A stretch of 64,000 bases of DNA from an uncultured Sphingomonas sp. (GCF_913778135.1 NZ_CAJYVU010000046.1:3928-67927), one strand, 5' to 3'; counted from the stretch's first letter, positions 1-11,914 are shown. Notes: generated by a model not told the origin, from the letters alone. Translations and numbers: made by a program.

Positions 1-219
1 ACCTATGCCGACACGTCGTTGTTCCAGCTGATCGAGGGACTGCGCTACGCGTTCCCGCGCCGGATGGCGACGCTCGCGCCCGATTACCCCGCGCTCGCGC
101 GAATCCACGGGCTGGTCGCCGATCTGCCGGGGATCAGGCGCTATCTCGCCAGCGATCGGCGCATCGTGTTCAACGAACAGGGCATCTTCCGCCATTATCC
201 CGAACTCGATGACGAGTGA
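1..219 (+). CDS. Glutathione S-transferase family protein, C-terminal part (5' truncated by window)
   Basis: Frame open from base 1: TYADTSLFQLIEGLRYAFPRRM...FNEQGIFRHYPELD resembles a bacterial GST C-terminal domain. Confidence 0.75.
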   Translation, partial: TYADTSLFQLIEGLRYAFPRRMATLAPDYPALARIHGLVADLPGIRRYLASDRRIVFNEQGIFRHYPELDDE

Positions 220-682
220 CGTGTCCGCAGTAACGCGGCGCGTCCCGCGGCCCGCGGCGCGCATCCTGCTGGTTGACGCGCAGGCCCGCGTGCTGCTGTT
301 CCGCTTCACGCCCGCCGACCGCGCGCCCTTGTGGTGCACGCCCGGCGGTGCGGTCGACCCGGGTGAGAGCTACGAGGCGGCGGCGCGGCGCGAGCTGTGG
401 GAGGAGACCGGGCTCGACCGAGACTGCGGGCCGCAGGTCGCGCGCCGCGTCGTCGATTTCCTCACCTTCGACCGGGTCGAGGTGACTGCGGACGAACGCT
501 GGTTCCGCGTCGATGTCGAGCGCCACGATGTCTCGGGCGCAGCACTGACCGATCAGGAACGCGAACTGATGGCGGAGGCGCGCTGGTTCACGCGCGACGA
601 ACTCGCCGACTGGGCGGAAGTGATCTATCCCGCCGATCTGCTTGCCATGCTGGAGGAAACCGATGTCCACGCCCCCAAATGA
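209..682 (+). CDS. NUDIX hydrolase
   Basis: Nudix box GGAVDPGESYEAAARRELWEETG. Confidence 0.9.
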   Translation: MTSDVSAVTRRVPRPAARILLVDAQARVLLFRFTPADRAPLWCTPGGAVDPGESYEAAARRELWEETGLDRDCGPQVARRVVDFLTFDRVEVTADERWFRVDVERHDVSGAALTDQERELMAEARWFTRDELADWAEVIYPADLLAMLEETDVHAPK

Positions 683-1580
683 CGGCGACGCGCTGATCCT
701 GCAGACGCTCGCACCCGCGACGCACGATCTCGGCGGGTTCAAGGTCTATCGCACGCTGCCGCACAAGGATCGGACGATGGTCGGCCCGTTCCTGTTCTTC
801 GATCAGATGGGACCGGCGCACCTGCCGCCGGGCGACGGCGTCGACGTGCGCCCGCACCCGCATATCGGGCTGTCGACCGTCACCTATCTGTTCGACGGCG
901 CGTTCCAGCACCGCGATTCGCTCGGCAGCGACGTGCGGATCACACCGGGCGCGGTGAACCTGATGACGGCAGGCTCGGGCATCGTCCATTCGGAGCGGTC
1001 GCCGCGGGACGTCCGCCCCGGTGGCCCGGCCCTCGCCGGCATCCAGACCTGGCTCGCACTGCCCGATCACCTGGAGGAGCATGATCCCGCCTTCGAGCAT
1101 GTCGCCGCCGACGCGCTGCCCGAAATTGCCTACGCCGGCGCCCGCGCGCGCGTCATCATGGGGTCGCTCTGGGGCGAGCGCGCGCCGACGACGACCTATG
1201 CCGACACGATCTACGCCGACGTAACGCTCGATGCGGGCGGCAGCGTGCCCGTCGACCATTCGACCGACGAGCGCGCGATCTACCTGGCGCATGGTCAGGC
1301 GACGCTCGACGGCATGACGATCGAGCCGCAGCGATTGTACGTGCTGCGTCCGGGCACCGCGGCGACGCTCAGGTCGGAGACGGGCGGACGCGTGATGCTG
1401 GCGGGCGGCGCGGCCTTTTCTACCCCGCGCCACGTGTGGTGGAATTTCGTGTCCTCCTCGCGCGACCGCATCCGCGAGGCGCGTCGCGCATGGAAGGCGG
1501 GCGAGTTCGCAGACGTGCCCGGTGACGACAAGGAACGGATTCCGCTTCCCGAAGTCCCGAAAACGGTCAGTTATCCGTAA
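663..1580 (+). CDS. Pirin family protein
   Basis: GPFLFFDQMG, VRPHPHIGLSTVTYLF, MTAGSGIVHSE, QTWLALP pirin motifs; start moved to ATG 663. Confidence 0.92.
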   Translation: MSTPPNDGDALILQTLAPATHDLGGFKVYRTLPHKDRTMVGPFLFFDQMGPAHLPPGDGVDVRPHPHIGLSTVTYLFDGAFQHRDSLGSDVRITPGAVNLMTAGSGIVHSERSPRDVRPGGPALAGIQTWLALPDHLEEHDPAFEHVAADALPEIAYAGARARVIMGSLWGERAPTTTYADTIYADVTLDAGGSVPVDHSTDERAIYLAHGQATLDGMTIEPQRLYVLRPGTAATLRSETGGRVMLAGGAAFSTPRHVWWNFVSSSRDRIREARRAWKAGEFADVPGDDKERIPLPEVPKTVSYP

Positions 1581-1679
1581 GGGAAAACGGCGCGCGCCTC
1601 TTGATCCATGTCATCGTAAAGATCACAGCAAGCATAAGGGGCTGATCGTGTGAGCGTGCCTCCTGCGTGTGAGGATGGC

Positions 1680-2618
1680 ATGAAAGCGGAAGACCTGCGC
1701 GGCGGTACCAACCGCCCCGACGTGCCGGCATCGGCCTTCGCGATGCCGCCGGGACTTGCCGTCCGCTACGACCTGCCCGCACCCGACCTGCACGAGCTCG
1801 TCAGCGGTTACGCCAGCTACGGCGACAGCAACCGTGCCGAAATGGTCAACTGGTTTCTGCCCGCGCCGCCGATGATCTGCGTGCTGCTGGATGCCGGCCC
1901 GGTCGGGATTGCGATCCGCAACCATCGTTTCACGCCGGCGCCGGTCAGCGTGTACGGGGCAACCGGCAGCGCATTTCGCGCGACGACGAGCGGCGGTATC
2001 CAGGTCGGCATCGGGCTGACCGCGCTCGGCTGGGTGCGGATGTTCCCGCAACCGGCCTCCGCCTTTCACAACCGCGTCGTCCCGCTCGATCAGGTGCTGC
2101 CCGCCGGCATCGCGGAGCGGCTATTGGGCGCGTTGGAGGCGATACACGACGAGACGCTGATCGCGCCGATGCTTGACGCGCTATTGACCCCGCTGTTCTC
2201 CCGCCGCCACCCGCACGAGGACGCCATCCGCGACTTCACGCGGTTGATGCTGGTCGACGGCGTGATCGAGATTGCGGACACGGCCGATCGACTGGGACTG
2301 ACCGTCGCCACGTTGCGGCGGGTCGCGATGCAGGCGTTCGGCATGCCGCCAAAGCTGCTGCTGCGCCGCGCGCGTTTCCTGCGTTCGCTGGTCAATCTGC
2401 TCCGCTCGGGCGAGCCGATGGGCTATCATCTGATCGACAGCAGCTATTATGACGCGTCGCACTTCCTGCGCGATGCCAATACCTTTCTCGGCACCACGCC
2501 GCGCCGTTTCCTTGCGCAGGGTACGACCTTCCTGACCGCGAGCATGATCGCGCGCGCGGCAGCGATCGGCCCCGCGACCCAGGCCCTGCATGCCCTGCCG
2601 CGTCAGTCCGCCTCGTAG
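1680..2618 (+). CDS. AraC-family transcriptional regulator
   Basis: C-terminal HTH (LRRVAMQAFGMPPKLLLRRARF...YYDASHFLRDANTFLGTTPRRF). Confidence 0.8.
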   Translation: MKAEDLRGGTNRPDVPASAFAMPPGLAVRYDLPAPDLHELVSGYASYGDSNRAEMVNWFLPAPPMICVLLDAGPVGIAIRNHRFTPAPVSVYGATGSAFRATTSGGIQVGIGLTALGWVRMFPQPASAFHNRVVPLDQVLPAGIAERLLGALEAIHDETLIAPMLDALLTPLFSRRHPHEDAIRDFTRLMLVDGVIEIADTADRLGLTVATLRRVAMQAFGMPPKLLLRRARFLRSLVNLLRSGEPMGYHLIDSSYYDASHFLRDANTFLGTTPRRFLAQGTTFLTASMIARAAAIGPATQALHALPRQSAS

Positions 2619-3703
2619 GCGCCGCGACGCATGACATAGTCGCGCGTCTCGTACGGAGGTGACAAACCCTCGACCCAGGCGCCGTGCGCGTGCGTGAGCG
2701 CGACGAGTTCCATCGGCGTCGTCCCCGGCCAGCATTGCACCCGCACCTCGTGCCGGTGAAGGTCGCGGTTCGGCTCCATCATCACCCAGGCGAGCGGCCG
2801 CTCCGCTCTCGCCCGCGTGCCGGCCGCGGCCATCGCGTCGCGGATGCGCGAGCGACCTTCGGGCGGCAGATACTGCCACATGACCGAGTGCATCAGCACG
2901 CGCGTGACCCCCGCCGGCTGCGGCTCGGCCAGCCGTGCCTCGACCCAGTCGGCCGCGTCGCCCTGCACCAGATCGACGCCGTGCGCGCGCACCATCGCGA
3001 TCGCAGTGTCGAGCCGCGCCTGCCGCTCGGCCGCATCGACCCAGACGTAGCCCTGCAACCGCTCCGCCGCCGCCGGTTGCTCGACATCGACCGGCGCGAT
3101 GTCGACGCCGCGTGCGGATACGACCTCTATCGGCACGTCCGGTGGAGGCGCGCCGCGCCATTCGGGACGAATCAGCAGCGGCGACCCGGACGGCCCCGCC
3201 GCAACGCCACCCAGATCGAAGCGCATGCGCCCGATCAGCAGGTTGAGCCCCGCGCTCGACCCGATCTCCAGCACCTCTACGCGTGGCCCGAAGCGCGCAG
3301 CAACGTGGAGCAACCCGGTCATCAACCCCGCCGACCGCGCCGCCTCGTTGGTCTGTGGCGGACCATCCAGCCACGTCACCAAGTCCTGGTCGAGCCGCGT
3401 CACCGCGCCAGCCAGCGCGTGATCGACCTCGACCTCCTTACTGACGACACCTGAAAGTACCCGCGACAGCTCGGCATCCGCGCCGCGCCGGTGCGTCGCA
3501 TGCAGTCCGCCAACCAGCCGCAACACGACCGCGTCCGCGACCGGCTCGCCCACCCAGTCGAGCACGCGTTGCCCGATCTGCGTGTCGCGCGTCAGCACGC
3601 GCCCGAGCGAACGCGACACGCGCGCGGTGATCGGCGCGGCCATCGCATCGCAATATTGCGCCTGCACCTCGAACGCCGCCCGGTTCTCCGCCTCGCTCGC
3701 CAT
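2603..3703 (-). CDS. DUF2332 family protein
   Basis: [37 protein letters not shown] motifs. Confidence 0.8.
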   Translation of the reverse strand: MASEAENRAAFEVQAQYCDAMAAPITARVSRSLGRVLTRDTQIGQRVLDWVGEPVADAVVLRLVGGLHATHRRGADAELSRVLSGVVSKEVEVDHALAGAVTRLDQDLVTWLDGPPQTNEAARSAGLMTGLLHVAARFGPRVEVLEIGSSAGLNLLIGRMRFDLGGVAAGPSGSPLLIRPEWRGAPPPDVPIEVVSARGVDIAPVDVEQPAAAERLQGYVWVDAAERQARLDTAIAMVRAHGVDLVQGDAADWVEARLAEPQPAGVTRVLMHSVMWQYLPPEGRSRIRDAMAAAGTRARAERPLAWVMMEPNRDLHRHEVRVQCWPGTTPMELVALTHAHGAWVEGLSPPYETRDYVMRRGAYEAD

Positions 3704-3765
3704 CGGCCCTCTCCCTTTCCTCGCCGACATTGCGCCCCTTCCCCCGCGCTCGTAAAGCCCGCGGC

Positions 3766-4458
3766 ATGTCCGCCCAACAGCCGCCAGCCGACCAAACAGA
3801 CGTGACCGTCATCGCGGTACCCAAGGGCCGCATACTCGCCGAGGCGCTGCCGCTGCTCGCGCGCGCCGGGGTTGTGCCGGAGCCTGCTTTTTCCGACGAG
3901 AACAGCCGCGCGCTGCGCTTCGCCACGCAGGACCCGCGCATCGCGCTGATCCGCGTCCGCGCGTTCGATGTCGCCACCTTCGTCGCGCACGGCGCGGCGC
4001 AGCTCGGCATCGTCGGGTCAGACGTGCTCGCCGAGTTCGACTATCCCGAACTCTACGCGCCGGTCGATCTCGGCATCGGACATTGCCGGCTGTCGGTGGC
4101 CGAGCCCGCGTCGCTGGCCGAGCACGACGATCCGCGCGGGTGGAGCCACGTGCGCGTCGCGACCAAATACCCGCACCTGACCGCGCAGCATTTCGCGCGC
4201 CGCGGCGTTCAGGCGGAATGTATCAAGCTGAACGGTGCAATGGAGCTCGCTCCGCTGCTCAGCCTCGCGCCGCGCATCGTCGATCTCGTCTCCTCGGGGC
4301 GGACGCTGAAGGAAAACGGACTGGTCGAGGTCGAGCCGATCATGGACGTGTCCGCACGGCTGGTGGTCAACCGCGCCGCAATGAAGACGCGCGCGCACGT
4401 CTTTCCGCTGGTGGAGGCGTTCCGCCGCGCCGCCGCCGGCACAGAGATCGCGGCATGA
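3766..4458 (+). CDS. hisG: ATP phosphoribosyltransferase (short form)
   Basis: [48 protein letters not shown]; overlaps hisD start (ATGA). Confidence 0.97.
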   Translation: MSAQQPPADQTDVTVIAVPKGRILAEALPLLARAGVVPEPAFSDENSRALRFATQDPRIALIRVRAFDVATFVAHGAAQLGIVGSDVLAEFDYPELYAPVDLGIGHCRLSVAEPASLAEHDDPRGWSHVRVATKYPHLTAQHFARRGVQAECIKLNGAMELAPLLSLAPRIVDLVSSGRTLKENGLVEVEPIMDVSARLVVNRAAMKTRAHVFPLVEAFRRAAAGTEIAA

Positions 4459-5750
4459 TCCGCCTCGACGCCGCCGATGCGAATTTCACCGCCGCGTTCG
4501 ACGCATTGGTCGATGATCGCCGCGAAACCTCGGTCGATGTCGCGCGTGACGTGTCGACGATCATCCGCGCGGTGCGCGACGAGGGCGACGCGGCGCTCCA
4601 CGCCTTTACACAGAAGCTCGACCGGCACGACCTGAACGAGACCGGCTGGCGGGTCGACGCCGCCGACTGCGCCGCGGCGTTCGACGGACTCGAGCCCGAA
4701 CTGCGCGCCGCGCTCGAACTCGCCGCCGCGCGCATCCGCGCCTATCACGAGCGGCAGCGGCCGGAAGATACCGACTTCACCGATGCGGCGGGCGTGCGGC
4801 TCGGCGCACGCTGGCGCGCGGTCGATGCGGCGGGCATCTACGTCCCCGGCGGACGCGCAGCTTACCCATCGACGCTGCTGATGAACGCGATCCCTGCGCG
4901 CGTCGCCGGGGTCGAGCGGTTGGTGGTCGTGACTCCAACGCCCGGAGGCGAGATCAATCCGCTCGTCCTCGCCGCCGCGCATCTGGTCGGCGCGAACGAG
5001 GTGTGGCGCCTCGGCGGGGCGCAGGCGATCGCGGCACTCGCCTACGGCACCGACCGCATCGCGCGCGTCGATGTGGTGACCGGCCCGGGCAATGCCTGGG
5101 TCGCGGAGGCGAAGCGGCAGGTCTACGGCGTGGTCGGGATCGACATGGTCGCGGGGCCGAGCGAGATCGTCGTGGTTGCTGACGGACAGAACGACCCCGA
5201 CTGGATCGCCGCCGACCTGCTCAGCCAGGCCGAGCACGATGTGACGACACAGTCGATCCTGCTGACCGACGATGCCAACTTCGCCGCGCGCGTCGAGGAA
5301 GCGGTCGAGCGCCAACTCGCCGACCTGCCGACCGCCGCTACCGCGCGTGTCGCGTGGGAAGACAATGGCGCGGTGGTCGTGGTGCCGACGCTCGCCGACG
5401 CGATCCCGCTGGTCGACCGGCTAGCACCCGAGCACGTCGAGTTTGCCTGCGACGACCCGCGCGCGCTGTTCGATCGGCTGCGCCACGCGGGCAGCGCCTT
5501 TCTCGGCCGCCATACGCCCGAGGCGATCGGGGATTATGTCGCAGGGCCGAACCACGTCCTGCCGACCGGACGCCGCGCGCGCTTTGCCAGCGGACTCGGC
5601 GTCACCGACTTCATGAAGCGGACGAGCTTCCTGCAACTCGATGAGACCGCACTCAACGAACTCGGCCCGGCGACGGTCGCGCTGGCCAATGCCGAGGGGC
5701 TGCCCGCGCACGCCAAATCGGTTGCGCTAAGGATCAGGACCAACCGCTAA
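4455..5750 (+). CDS. hisD: Histidinol dehydrogenase
   Basis: [49 protein letters not shown]. Confidence 0.97.
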   Translation: MIRLDAADANFTAAFDALVDDRRETSVDVARDVSTIIRAVRDEGDAALHAFTQKLDRHDLNETGWRVDAADCAAAFDGLEPELRAALELAAARIRAYHERQRPEDTDFTDAAGVRLGARWRAVDAAGIYVPGGRAAYPSTLLMNAIPARVAGVERLVVVTPTPGGEINPLVLAAAHLVGANEVWRLGGAQAIAALAYGTDRIARVDVVTGPGNAWVAEAKRQVYGVVGIDMVAGPSEIVVVADGQNDPDWIAADLLSQAEHDVTTQSILLTDDANFAARVEEAVERQLADLPTAATARVAWEDNGAVVVVPTLADAIPLVDRLAPEHVEFACDDPRALFDRLRHAGSAFLGRHTPEAIGDYVAGPNHVLPTGRRARFASGLGVTDFMKRTSFLQLDETALNELGPATVALANAEGLPAHAKSVALRIRTNR

Positions 5751-5754
5751 CTAC

Positions 5755-5785
5755 TCGTCGCCCCGAAACCGCTCCGGGGCGACGA
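5755..5785. terminator. 11-bp stem hairpin between convergent hisD and ferritin-like gene
   Basis: TCGTCGCCCCG-N9-CGGGGCGACGA perfect inverted repeat just after the hisD stop; no clear U tract. Confidence 0.55.
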
Positions 5786-5796
5786 AGGTGTTCCTG

Positions 5797-6315
5797 CTAC
5801 CCCGCCGACGCCATCTCGGCTGCGCGATTGGCCTTGCTCGTCGCCATCGCGGTCAGCTTGTCGTCGGTGGCATATTCCTCCGCCAACGTTTCTTTCAGGA
5901 TCGACGCGATCTCGCCGCGCCCCATCTGCTCGGCCCATGCGATCAGCGTGCCGTAGCGCGCGATCTCGTAATGCTCGACCGCCTGCGCCGCGGCGATCAG
6001 CGCGGCGTCGAGCACGGCCTTGTCCGCGATCTCGCCCGCGACCTCATTCGCTTCCTTGATGATGCCGTCGATCGCGGGACAGGTTACGCCCGCCGCCTTC
6101 TCGCCCATCAGACCGAAGATGCGGTCGAGCCGGTCGATCTGCCCGCGCGTCTCGCTCAGATGTTGCTCGAACCCCGCCTTCAACCCCGCGTCGCTCGCCT
6201 TGTCGATCATCTTCGGCAGCGCCTTGGTGATCTGGTTCTCGGCGTAATAGACGTCCTGCAACTGGTGCAGGAACAGGTCATCGAAGGTTTTGATGTCCTT
6301 GCTAAAAAGGCCCAT
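5797..6315 (-). CDS. Ferritin-like DUF892 (YciE/YciF-like) stress protein
   Basis: LQDVYYAENQI, HLSETRGQIDRL, CPAIDGIIKEA, AAQAVEHYEIARYGTL. Confidence 0.9.
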   Translation of the reverse strand: MGLFSKDIKTFDDLFLHQLQDVYYAENQITKALPKMIDKASDAGLKAGFEQHLSETRGQIDRLDRIFGLMGEKAAGVTCPAIDGIIKEANEVAGEIADKAVLDAALIAAAQAVEHYEIARYGTLIAWAEQMGRGEIASILKETLAEEYATDDKLTAMATSKANRAAEMASAG

Positions 6316-6467
6316 GTTCGTCGCCCCCGTGATTGATGAGCCGACAACGGTGCGTGCGGGCAAATCGTTGCGCCGTCACGGCAAATTGCGGCCGAGCCGT
6401 GCCGACGAGAGGACGAGCGCCGCTGAGGGGTGACGAACGGCGCATGCGCGACTACATCGCCGCCCTT

Positions 6468-6950
6468 ATGTCCCGCACCGCTGCCCGATCGCGCGCCCGC
6501 GCCGCCGCCCGCCTCGCCGCCGTCCAGGCGCTCTACCAGCACGAGATGGAAGGGACCAAGATCCCGCAACTGCTGACCGAATTCCACCACCACCGCTTGG
6601 GTGCGACGATCGAGGATGTCGAGTATGCCGACGCCGACATCGCCTTCTTCGACGATCTGGTGTCGGGCACGCACGCGCGGCTGGATGAGGTCGACCGGCT
6701 GATCGCGGCGCGGCTGTCGTCGGGGTGGAGCTTCGATCGCCTCGACAAGCCGATGAAGGCAATCCTGCGCGTCGGCACCTATGAATTGCTCGCGCGCAGC
6801 GACGTGCCGGTCGGCGCGGCGATCAGCGAATATGTCGACGTGGCCGACGCCTTCTACGAACGACGCGAGAAGGGCTTCGTCAACGGCATCCTCGACGCGG
6901 TCGCCAAGGACGTGCGCGGCGCGGGGACCGCCGACGCCGGGCAAGACTGA
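6468..6950 (+). CDS. nusB: Transcription antitermination factor NusB
   Basis: RAAARLAAVQALYQ, AILRVGTYEL, AISEYVDVA, FVNGILDAV. Confidence 0.95.
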   Translation: MSRTAARSRARAAARLAAVQALYQHEMEGTKIPQLLTEFHHHRLGATIEDVEYADADIAFFDDLVSGTHARLDEVDRLIAARLSSGWSFDRLDKPMKAILRVGTYELLARSDVPVGAAISEYVDVADAFYERREKGFVNGILDAVAKDVRGAGTADAGQD

Positions 6951-6952
6951 CG

Positions 6953-7132
6953 ATGGGCGAGGTCGTCAACCTGCGCCGTGCGCGCAAGGCCAAGGCGCGC
7001 ACCGAGGCAGAGACGACCGCCGCCACCAACCGCGCCGCCTTCGGCCGCACGAAAGCGGAGAAGCAGCGCGACGCGGCCGCGCGCGACCGGTTCGACGCCA
7101 CACTCGACGGCGCACGGCGCGAGCAAGACTGA
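6953..7132 (+). CDS. DUF4169 family small protein (59 aa, absent from ORF track)
   Basis: Manual translation MGEVVNLRRARKAKARTEAETTAATNRAAFGRTKAEK... Confidence 0.85.
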   Translation: MGEVVNLRRARKAKARTEAETTAATNRAAFGRTKAEKQRDAAARDRFDATLDGARREQD

Positions 7133-7175
7133 CGCGGGTGAGTGACTTCACAGCGCGAGCCGCTACCGTCGCGCC

Positions 7176-8714
7176 GTGACCTTCTTCGAGAGCCTTCTCG
7201 CACTGATGCTCGCCGCAGTGGCGATGCTGCAGGTCGCGCGCCGACTGTCGCTGCCCTACCCGACCGTGATGGCCGCCGCGGGTGTCGCGGTTGCTGCGAT
7301 CCCGGGTGCGCCGGTCTTGTTGATCGATCCCGCCACCGCGCTCGCGCTGTTCATCGCACCCATCCTGGTCGATGCGGCCTTCGACTTTCCCGTGGGCGCG
7401 GCACGGCGGCTGATGCTGCCGCTGATCGTCTACGCGGGTGTGGCGGTGCTCGCGACCGCGGGGTTCGTCGCCTGGATCGGTTGGTACACGATCGGGTTGC
7501 CGGTCGCCGCCGCGCTGACACTCGGCGCGATCGTCGCGCCGCCCGATGCGGCCGCCGCGACCGCGGTGCTGACCAACCTGCCCGTCGCCAAGCGGGTCGA
7601 GGCGGTGTTGAAGGGCGAGAGCCTGTTCAACGACGCGACCGCGCTGATGCTGTTCAATGCCGCGCTTGCCGCACAGATGAGCGGCACGTTCGATTGGGGC
7701 ACGGGTGCACGCTTCGCACTAGCGGCACCGGGCGGCATCCTGTTCGGCATCGCCTACGGGTTGCTGGTCCGCCGCTTGCAGCCGCACGTCGAGAAGACGG
7801 TCGGCGGCACGCTGCTGCAATTCCTCCACGCCTTCGTCACTTGGATCGTCGCCGAGCATCTGCATCTGTCCGCCGTGCTGGCAGTGGTGGCGAGCGCGAT
7901 GACGATCGCGGCGAAGCCGGGCGGCGGCAGTTCGCCCCGCATGCGCGTCCACTCCTACGCGGTGTGGACCACCGTCGTGTTCCTGCTGAACGTCTTCGCC
8001 TTCCTGCTGATGGGCGAGCAGGCGCGCAACATCCTGTCGGCGATGTCGGGCGCGGAACTGGTCAACGCCGGCTGGCTCGCCCTGTGGGTGGTGCTGGGCG
8101 TGATCGCCACGCGGCTGCTGATCGCGTTCGGTTACCGCGGCGTTGTGATGTGGCGCATCCGCCACGGACGGCAGATGACGCCGATCAGCCCGGCCGAGAC
8201 GTTCCTGCTCGGCTGGTCGGGGATGCGCGGGCTGGTCACGCTCGCCACCGCGTTCGCGCTGCCCGCCGGCTTCCCACAGCGCGATGCGGTGGTACTCGCC
8301 GCCTTCGCGGTCGTGCTCGCGACCGTGGTGATACAAGGCGCGACGCTGAACCCGCTGATCCGCTGGCTGGGGATCGGGCGGGCAAAGGAGGTGCGCGAGG
8401 AGGTCGACCACGCACGGCTTGAACTTGCCCAAGCCGCGCTCTCGCGGCTTGAGGGCGAAGACGGCGAAGCGGCTGAACAATTGCGCCGCGAGTATCAGGA
8501 CATTCGCGACGGCGTGTCGGGCAAGGACCCCGACACGCTCAACCGCCGCCACGGTCTCGCCATCGCCGCCGTCCTCGCGCAGCGCGACCGGCTCGAGGCG
8601 CTGCGCCACGATCAGTCGATCAGCAGCGACACCTACCTGCTGCTGCAGGAAGCGCTCGACTGGCGCCAGCTGACCGTGTCGGGCGACGAGGACCGCCGGA
8701 TCGAGGAGAATTGA
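7176..8714 (+). CDS. CPA1-family Na+/H+ antiporter
   Basis: Multi-TM; LGAIVAPPDAAAA, LKGESLFNDATAL, WSGMRGLVTLATAFALP. Confidence 0.9.
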   Translation: MTFFESLLALMLAAVAMLQVARRLSLPYPTVMAAAGVAVAAIPGAPVLLIDPATALALFIAPILVDAAFDFPVGAARRLMLPLIVYAGVAVLATAGFVAWIGWYTIGLPVAAALTLGAIVAPPDAAAATAVLTNLPVAKRVEAVLKGESLFNDATALMLFNAALAAQMSGTFDWGTGARFALAAPGGILFGIAYGLLVRRLQPHVEKTVGGTLLQFLHAFVTWIVAEHLHLSAVLAVVASAMTIAAKPGGGSSPRMRVHSYAVWTTVVFLLNVFAFLLMGEQARNILSAMSGAELVNAGWLALWVVLGVIATRLLIAFGYRGVVMWRIRHGRQMTPISPAETFLLGWSGMRGLVTLATAFALPAGFPQRDAVVLAAFAVVLATVVIQGATLNPLIRWLGIGRAKEVREEVDHARLELAQAALSRLEGEDGEAAEQLRREYQDIRDGVSGKDPDTLNRRHGLAIAAVLAQRDRLEALRHDQSISSDTYLLLQEALDWRQLTVSGDEDRRIEEN

Positions 8715-9616
8715 GCGTGGACGAACGCGCTTTCCTCGATGCGCTGCGCACGCTGCCCCTGCATCCCGGTGCGGCTGGCCTGACCGACGATACCGCGATG
8801 CTCGCCGGGCTGGTTGTCACCACCGACACGATGGTCGAGGGCGTCCATTTTCTCTCGGCCGATCCGGCGGGCGATGTGGCGTGGCGGCTGGTCGCGACCA
8901 ACCTGTCCGATCTCGCCGCCAAGGGCGCGTTGGTCGAGGGGGTGCTGCTCAACTATCCGTTGTCGGAAGTGGCGTGGGACGCCGCCTTTCTGCGTGGTTT
9001 CCGCGCGGTACTGGCGCAGTATGACGCGCCGCTGCTGGGCGGCGACACCGTGTCGCTGCCGCCGGGCGCACCGCGCGTGCTGACGCTAACCGCGTTCGGG
9101 GCCGATGCCGCCGCGCCACCGCGTTCGGGTGCACGCGCGGGTGATGCATTGTGGGTCACCGGCACGATCGGGGACGCGGGGGCGGGTCTCGCGATCGCGC
9201 AAGCCGGACGGGCGCGCGACTCCGACGAGGCGTGGCTGCTCGCCCGCTATCGCCGACCGACCCCGCGCCTTGCCGAGGGACGAGCGCTTGCCCCCCACGT
9301 CCATGCTATGATGGACGTGTCCGACGGGCTGCTGATCGACGCCGCGCGCATGGCGGAGGCGAGCGGAATGGCGGTGACTGTCGACCTCGCCGCGGTGCCG
9401 CTCTCGATGCCCACGCGCCGATACGGATCGACCCCGCTCGCCGCCGCGACGGCGGGGGACGATTACGAGCTGCTGTTCGCAGCACCGGCCGACTGGACGC
9501 CTCCCGTTCCGGCCGTGCGCGTCGGCGCGTTCGCGCGCGGTCGCGGGCTTGTGCTCGTCGACGATGGCGCGCGCGTGCCACTGCCGGCACTCTTGGGTTA
9601 TCAGCACAACGCTTGA
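8711..9616 (+). CDS. thiL: Thiamine-phosphate kinase
   Basis: DDTA, TTDTMVEGVHF, NLSDLAAKG, GGDT, MDVSDGL, GDDYELLF. Confidence 0.95.
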   Translation: MSVDERAFLDALRTLPLHPGAAGLTDDTAMLAGLVVTTDTMVEGVHFLSADPAGDVAWRLVATNLSDLAAKGALVEGVLLNYPLSEVAWDAAFLRGFRAVLAQYDAPLLGGDTVSLPPGAPRVLTLTAFGADAAAPPRSGARAGDALWVTGTIGDAGAGLAIAQAGRARDSDEAWLLARYRRPTPRLAEGRALAPHVHAMMDVSDGLLIDAARMAEASGMAVTVDLAAVPLSMPTRRYGSTPLAAATAGDDYELLFAAPADWTPPVPAVRVGAFARGRGLVLVDDGARVPLPALLGYQHNA

Positions 9617-9701
9617 CTTTGGAGGCACTTGGGTGCCCCTTCGTGCCCGAGGCGAGCGCGAGCGAACATCGCGCCGCCAAAAATAGGAGGGAAGAACGGG
9701 C

Positions 9702-11873
9702 ATGACGAGCGTCTATGTCGCCATTCTCTGCGGCCTGGTGGCCGTGGCCTATGGCATCCTCACCAGCGGCCAGGTGCTGCGACAACCCGCCGGCAATGAG
9801 CGCATGCAAGACATCGCTGCCGCGATCCAGGAGGGCGCGAAGGCGTATCTCGGCCGGCAGTACACCACCATCGCGATCGTCGGCGTGATCGTCGCGGTGG
9901 TGCTGTTCGCGACGCTCGGCCTGCTGTCCACCACCGGATTCGTGATCGGCGCACTATTGTCGGGGGTCGCGGGCTACGTTGGCATGAACATCTCGGTGCG
10001 CGCCAATGTCCGCACCGCGGAGGCGGCGCGCGGCAGCCTTCAGGGTGGGCTCACCACCGCGTTCCGGTCGGGCGCGGTGACGGGGATGCTGGTCGCGGGG
10101 CTCGGCCTGCTCGCGATCGCGGGGTTCTTCTGGTACCTCGTCGGCCCGGGCGGACGCGCGCCCAACGACCGCGCGATCGTGGAGGCGCTGACCGCGCTCG
10201 CGTTCGGTGCGTCGCTGATTTCGATCTTCGCGCGGCTGGGCGGCGGCATCTTCACCAAGGCAGCCGACGTCGGCGCAGACCTGGTCGGCAAGGTCGAGGC
10301 CGGCATTCCGGAGGACGATCCCCGCAATCCCGCGGTCATCGCCGACAACGTCGGTGACAATGTCGGCGACTGCGCCGGCATGGCGGCCGACCTGTTTGAG
10401 ACCTACGTCGTCACGCTGGGCGTCACGATGATCTCGATCGCGCTCCTCATCCGCGCCGACGCGGCCGAGCTGCTGCGGCTAATGAGCCTGCCGCTGATCG
10501 TAGGCGGCGTGTGCATCGTGACCAGCATCATCGGCACCTACATGGTGCGGCTGGGACGTGGCGGCTCGATCATGGGCGCGCTCTACAAGGGGTTCTGGAC
10601 CTCGGCGCTGCTGTCGATCCCCGCGATCTACGCGGTGACGCGCTGGACATTGGGCGACATGGGCGCGGTGATCGGCGGCGCGGGCTTCCTCGATCCCGCG
10701 GGCGACGACCTGACGACGGGCGCGGAGGGTGCGGTGCAAGCGGGCGGCACGCTCGCCTCGTTCACCGGCAACGACCTGTTCTGGTGCATGCTGATAGGCC
10801 TCGCCGTCACCGGGCTGATCGTGTGGATCACCGAATATTACACTGGCACCAACTACCGCCCGGTGAGATCCATCGCACGCGCGTCGGAGACCGGGCACGG
10901 CACCAACGTGATCCAGGGCCTGGCGATCAGCCTGGAGGCGACCGCGCTGCCGACGATCGTCATCGTCGTCGCGGTCATCGCCGCGTACAAGCTGGCAGGC
11001 ATCATCGGCATCGCATTTGGCGCGACCGCGATGCTGGCGCTCGCGGGCATGGTCGTCGCGCTCGACGCCTACGGGCCGGTCACCGACAATGCCGGCGGCA
11101 TCGCCGAGATGGCGGGGCTGGAGGACGAGGTGCGCGCGCGCACCGATGCGCTCGACGCGGTCGGCAACACGACCAAGGCGGTGACCAAGGGCTATGCGAT
11201 CGGCTCGGCCGGCCTCGCCGCGCTGGTGCTGTTCGGTGCCTATACGACCGACCTCGCAACCTACTTCCCCGATCTGACGGTCGATTTCAGCCTGTCCAAT
11301 CCGTACGTGATCGTCGGCCTGCTGCTCGGCGCGCTGCTCCCGTACCTGTTCGGCGCGTTCGGGATGACCGCGGTGGGCCGCGCGGCAGGCGCAGTGGTCG
11401 AGGAAGTACGTGGTCAGTTCCGCGACAATCCGGGCATCATGCAGGGCACCAGCCGTCCGAACTACGGTCGCACCGTCGACCTCGTCACCCGCGCCGCGAT
11501 CCGCGAGATGATCGTGCCGTCGCTGCTGCCCGTGCTTTCCCCGCTCGCGCTCTACTTCATTGTACGCGCCGTCGACGGGCAGGCCAGCGCCTTCGCCGCG
11601 GTCGGCGCGATGCTCTTGGGCGTCATCGTCTCGGGACTGTTCGTCGCGCTGTCGATGACATCCGGGGGCGGCGCTTGGGACAATGCCAAGAAATATATCG
11701 AGGACGGTAACCACGGCGGCAAGGGATCGGAGGCGCACAAGGCCGCGGTGACGGGCGACACGGTGGGAGACCCGTACAAGGACACCGCCGGCCCCGCGGT
11801 CAACCCGATGATCAAGATCACCAACATCGTTGCCTTGCTGCTGCTCGCCGCGCTGGCGGGTGGTGCGGGCTGA
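9702..11873 (+). CDS. hppA: Membrane H+/Na+-translocating pyrophosphatase
   Basis: [53 protein letters not shown]. Confidence 0.97.
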   Translation: MTSVYVAILCGLVAVAYGILTSGQVLRQPAGNERMQDIAAAIQEGAKAYLGRQYTTIAIVGVIVAVVLFATLGLLSTTGFVIGALLSGVAGYVGMNISVRANVRTAEAARGSLQGGLTTAFRSGAVTGMLVAGLGLLAIAGFFWYLVGPGGRAPNDRAIVEALTALAFGASLISIFARLGGGIFTKAADVGADLVGKVEAGIPEDDPRNPAVIADNVGDNVGDCAGMAADLFETYVVTLGVTMISIALLIRADAAELLRLMSLPLIVGGVCIVTSIIGTYMVRLGRGGSIMGALYKGFWTSALLSIPAIYAVTRWTLGDMGAVIGGAGFLDPAGDDLTTGAEGAVQAGGTLASFTGNDLFWCMLIGLAVTGLIVWITEYYTGTNYRPVRSIARASETGHGTNVIQGLAISLEATALPTIVIVVAVIAAYKLAGIIGIAFGATAMLALAGMVVALDAYGPVTDNAGGIAEMAGLEDEVRARTDALDAVGNTTKAVTKGYAIGSAGLAALVLFGAYTTDLATYFPDLTVDFSLSNPYVIVGLLLGALLPYLFGAFGMTAVGRAAGAVVEEVRGQFRDNPGIMQGTSRPNYGRTVDLVTRAAIREMIVPSLLPVLSPLALYFIVRAVDGQASAFAAVGAMLLGVIVSGLFVALSMTSGGGAWDNAKKYIEDGNHGGKGSEAHKAAVTGDTVGDPYKDTAGPAVNPMIKITNIVALLLLAALAGGAG

Positions 11874-11880
11874 CAGCGCC

Positions 11881-11914
11881 TCGGGCAAGGTGAGCCGCCG
11901 CTCGCCTTGCCCGA
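11881..11914 (+). terminator. Long GC hairpin after hppA
   Basis: TCGGGCAAGGTGAGC-CGCC-GCTCGCCTTGCCCGA, 15-bp stem with one G-U pair. Confidence 0.55.

Noticed and set aside
3766-4458. Short-form HisG without adjacent hisZ
   Set aside because: Normal for alphaproteobacteria, where hisZ is usually elsewhere
6941-7134. GCAAGACTGACG repeated at the ends of nusB and the DUF4169 gene
   Set aside because: 12 bp covering the same QD-stop codons; no sign of mobility
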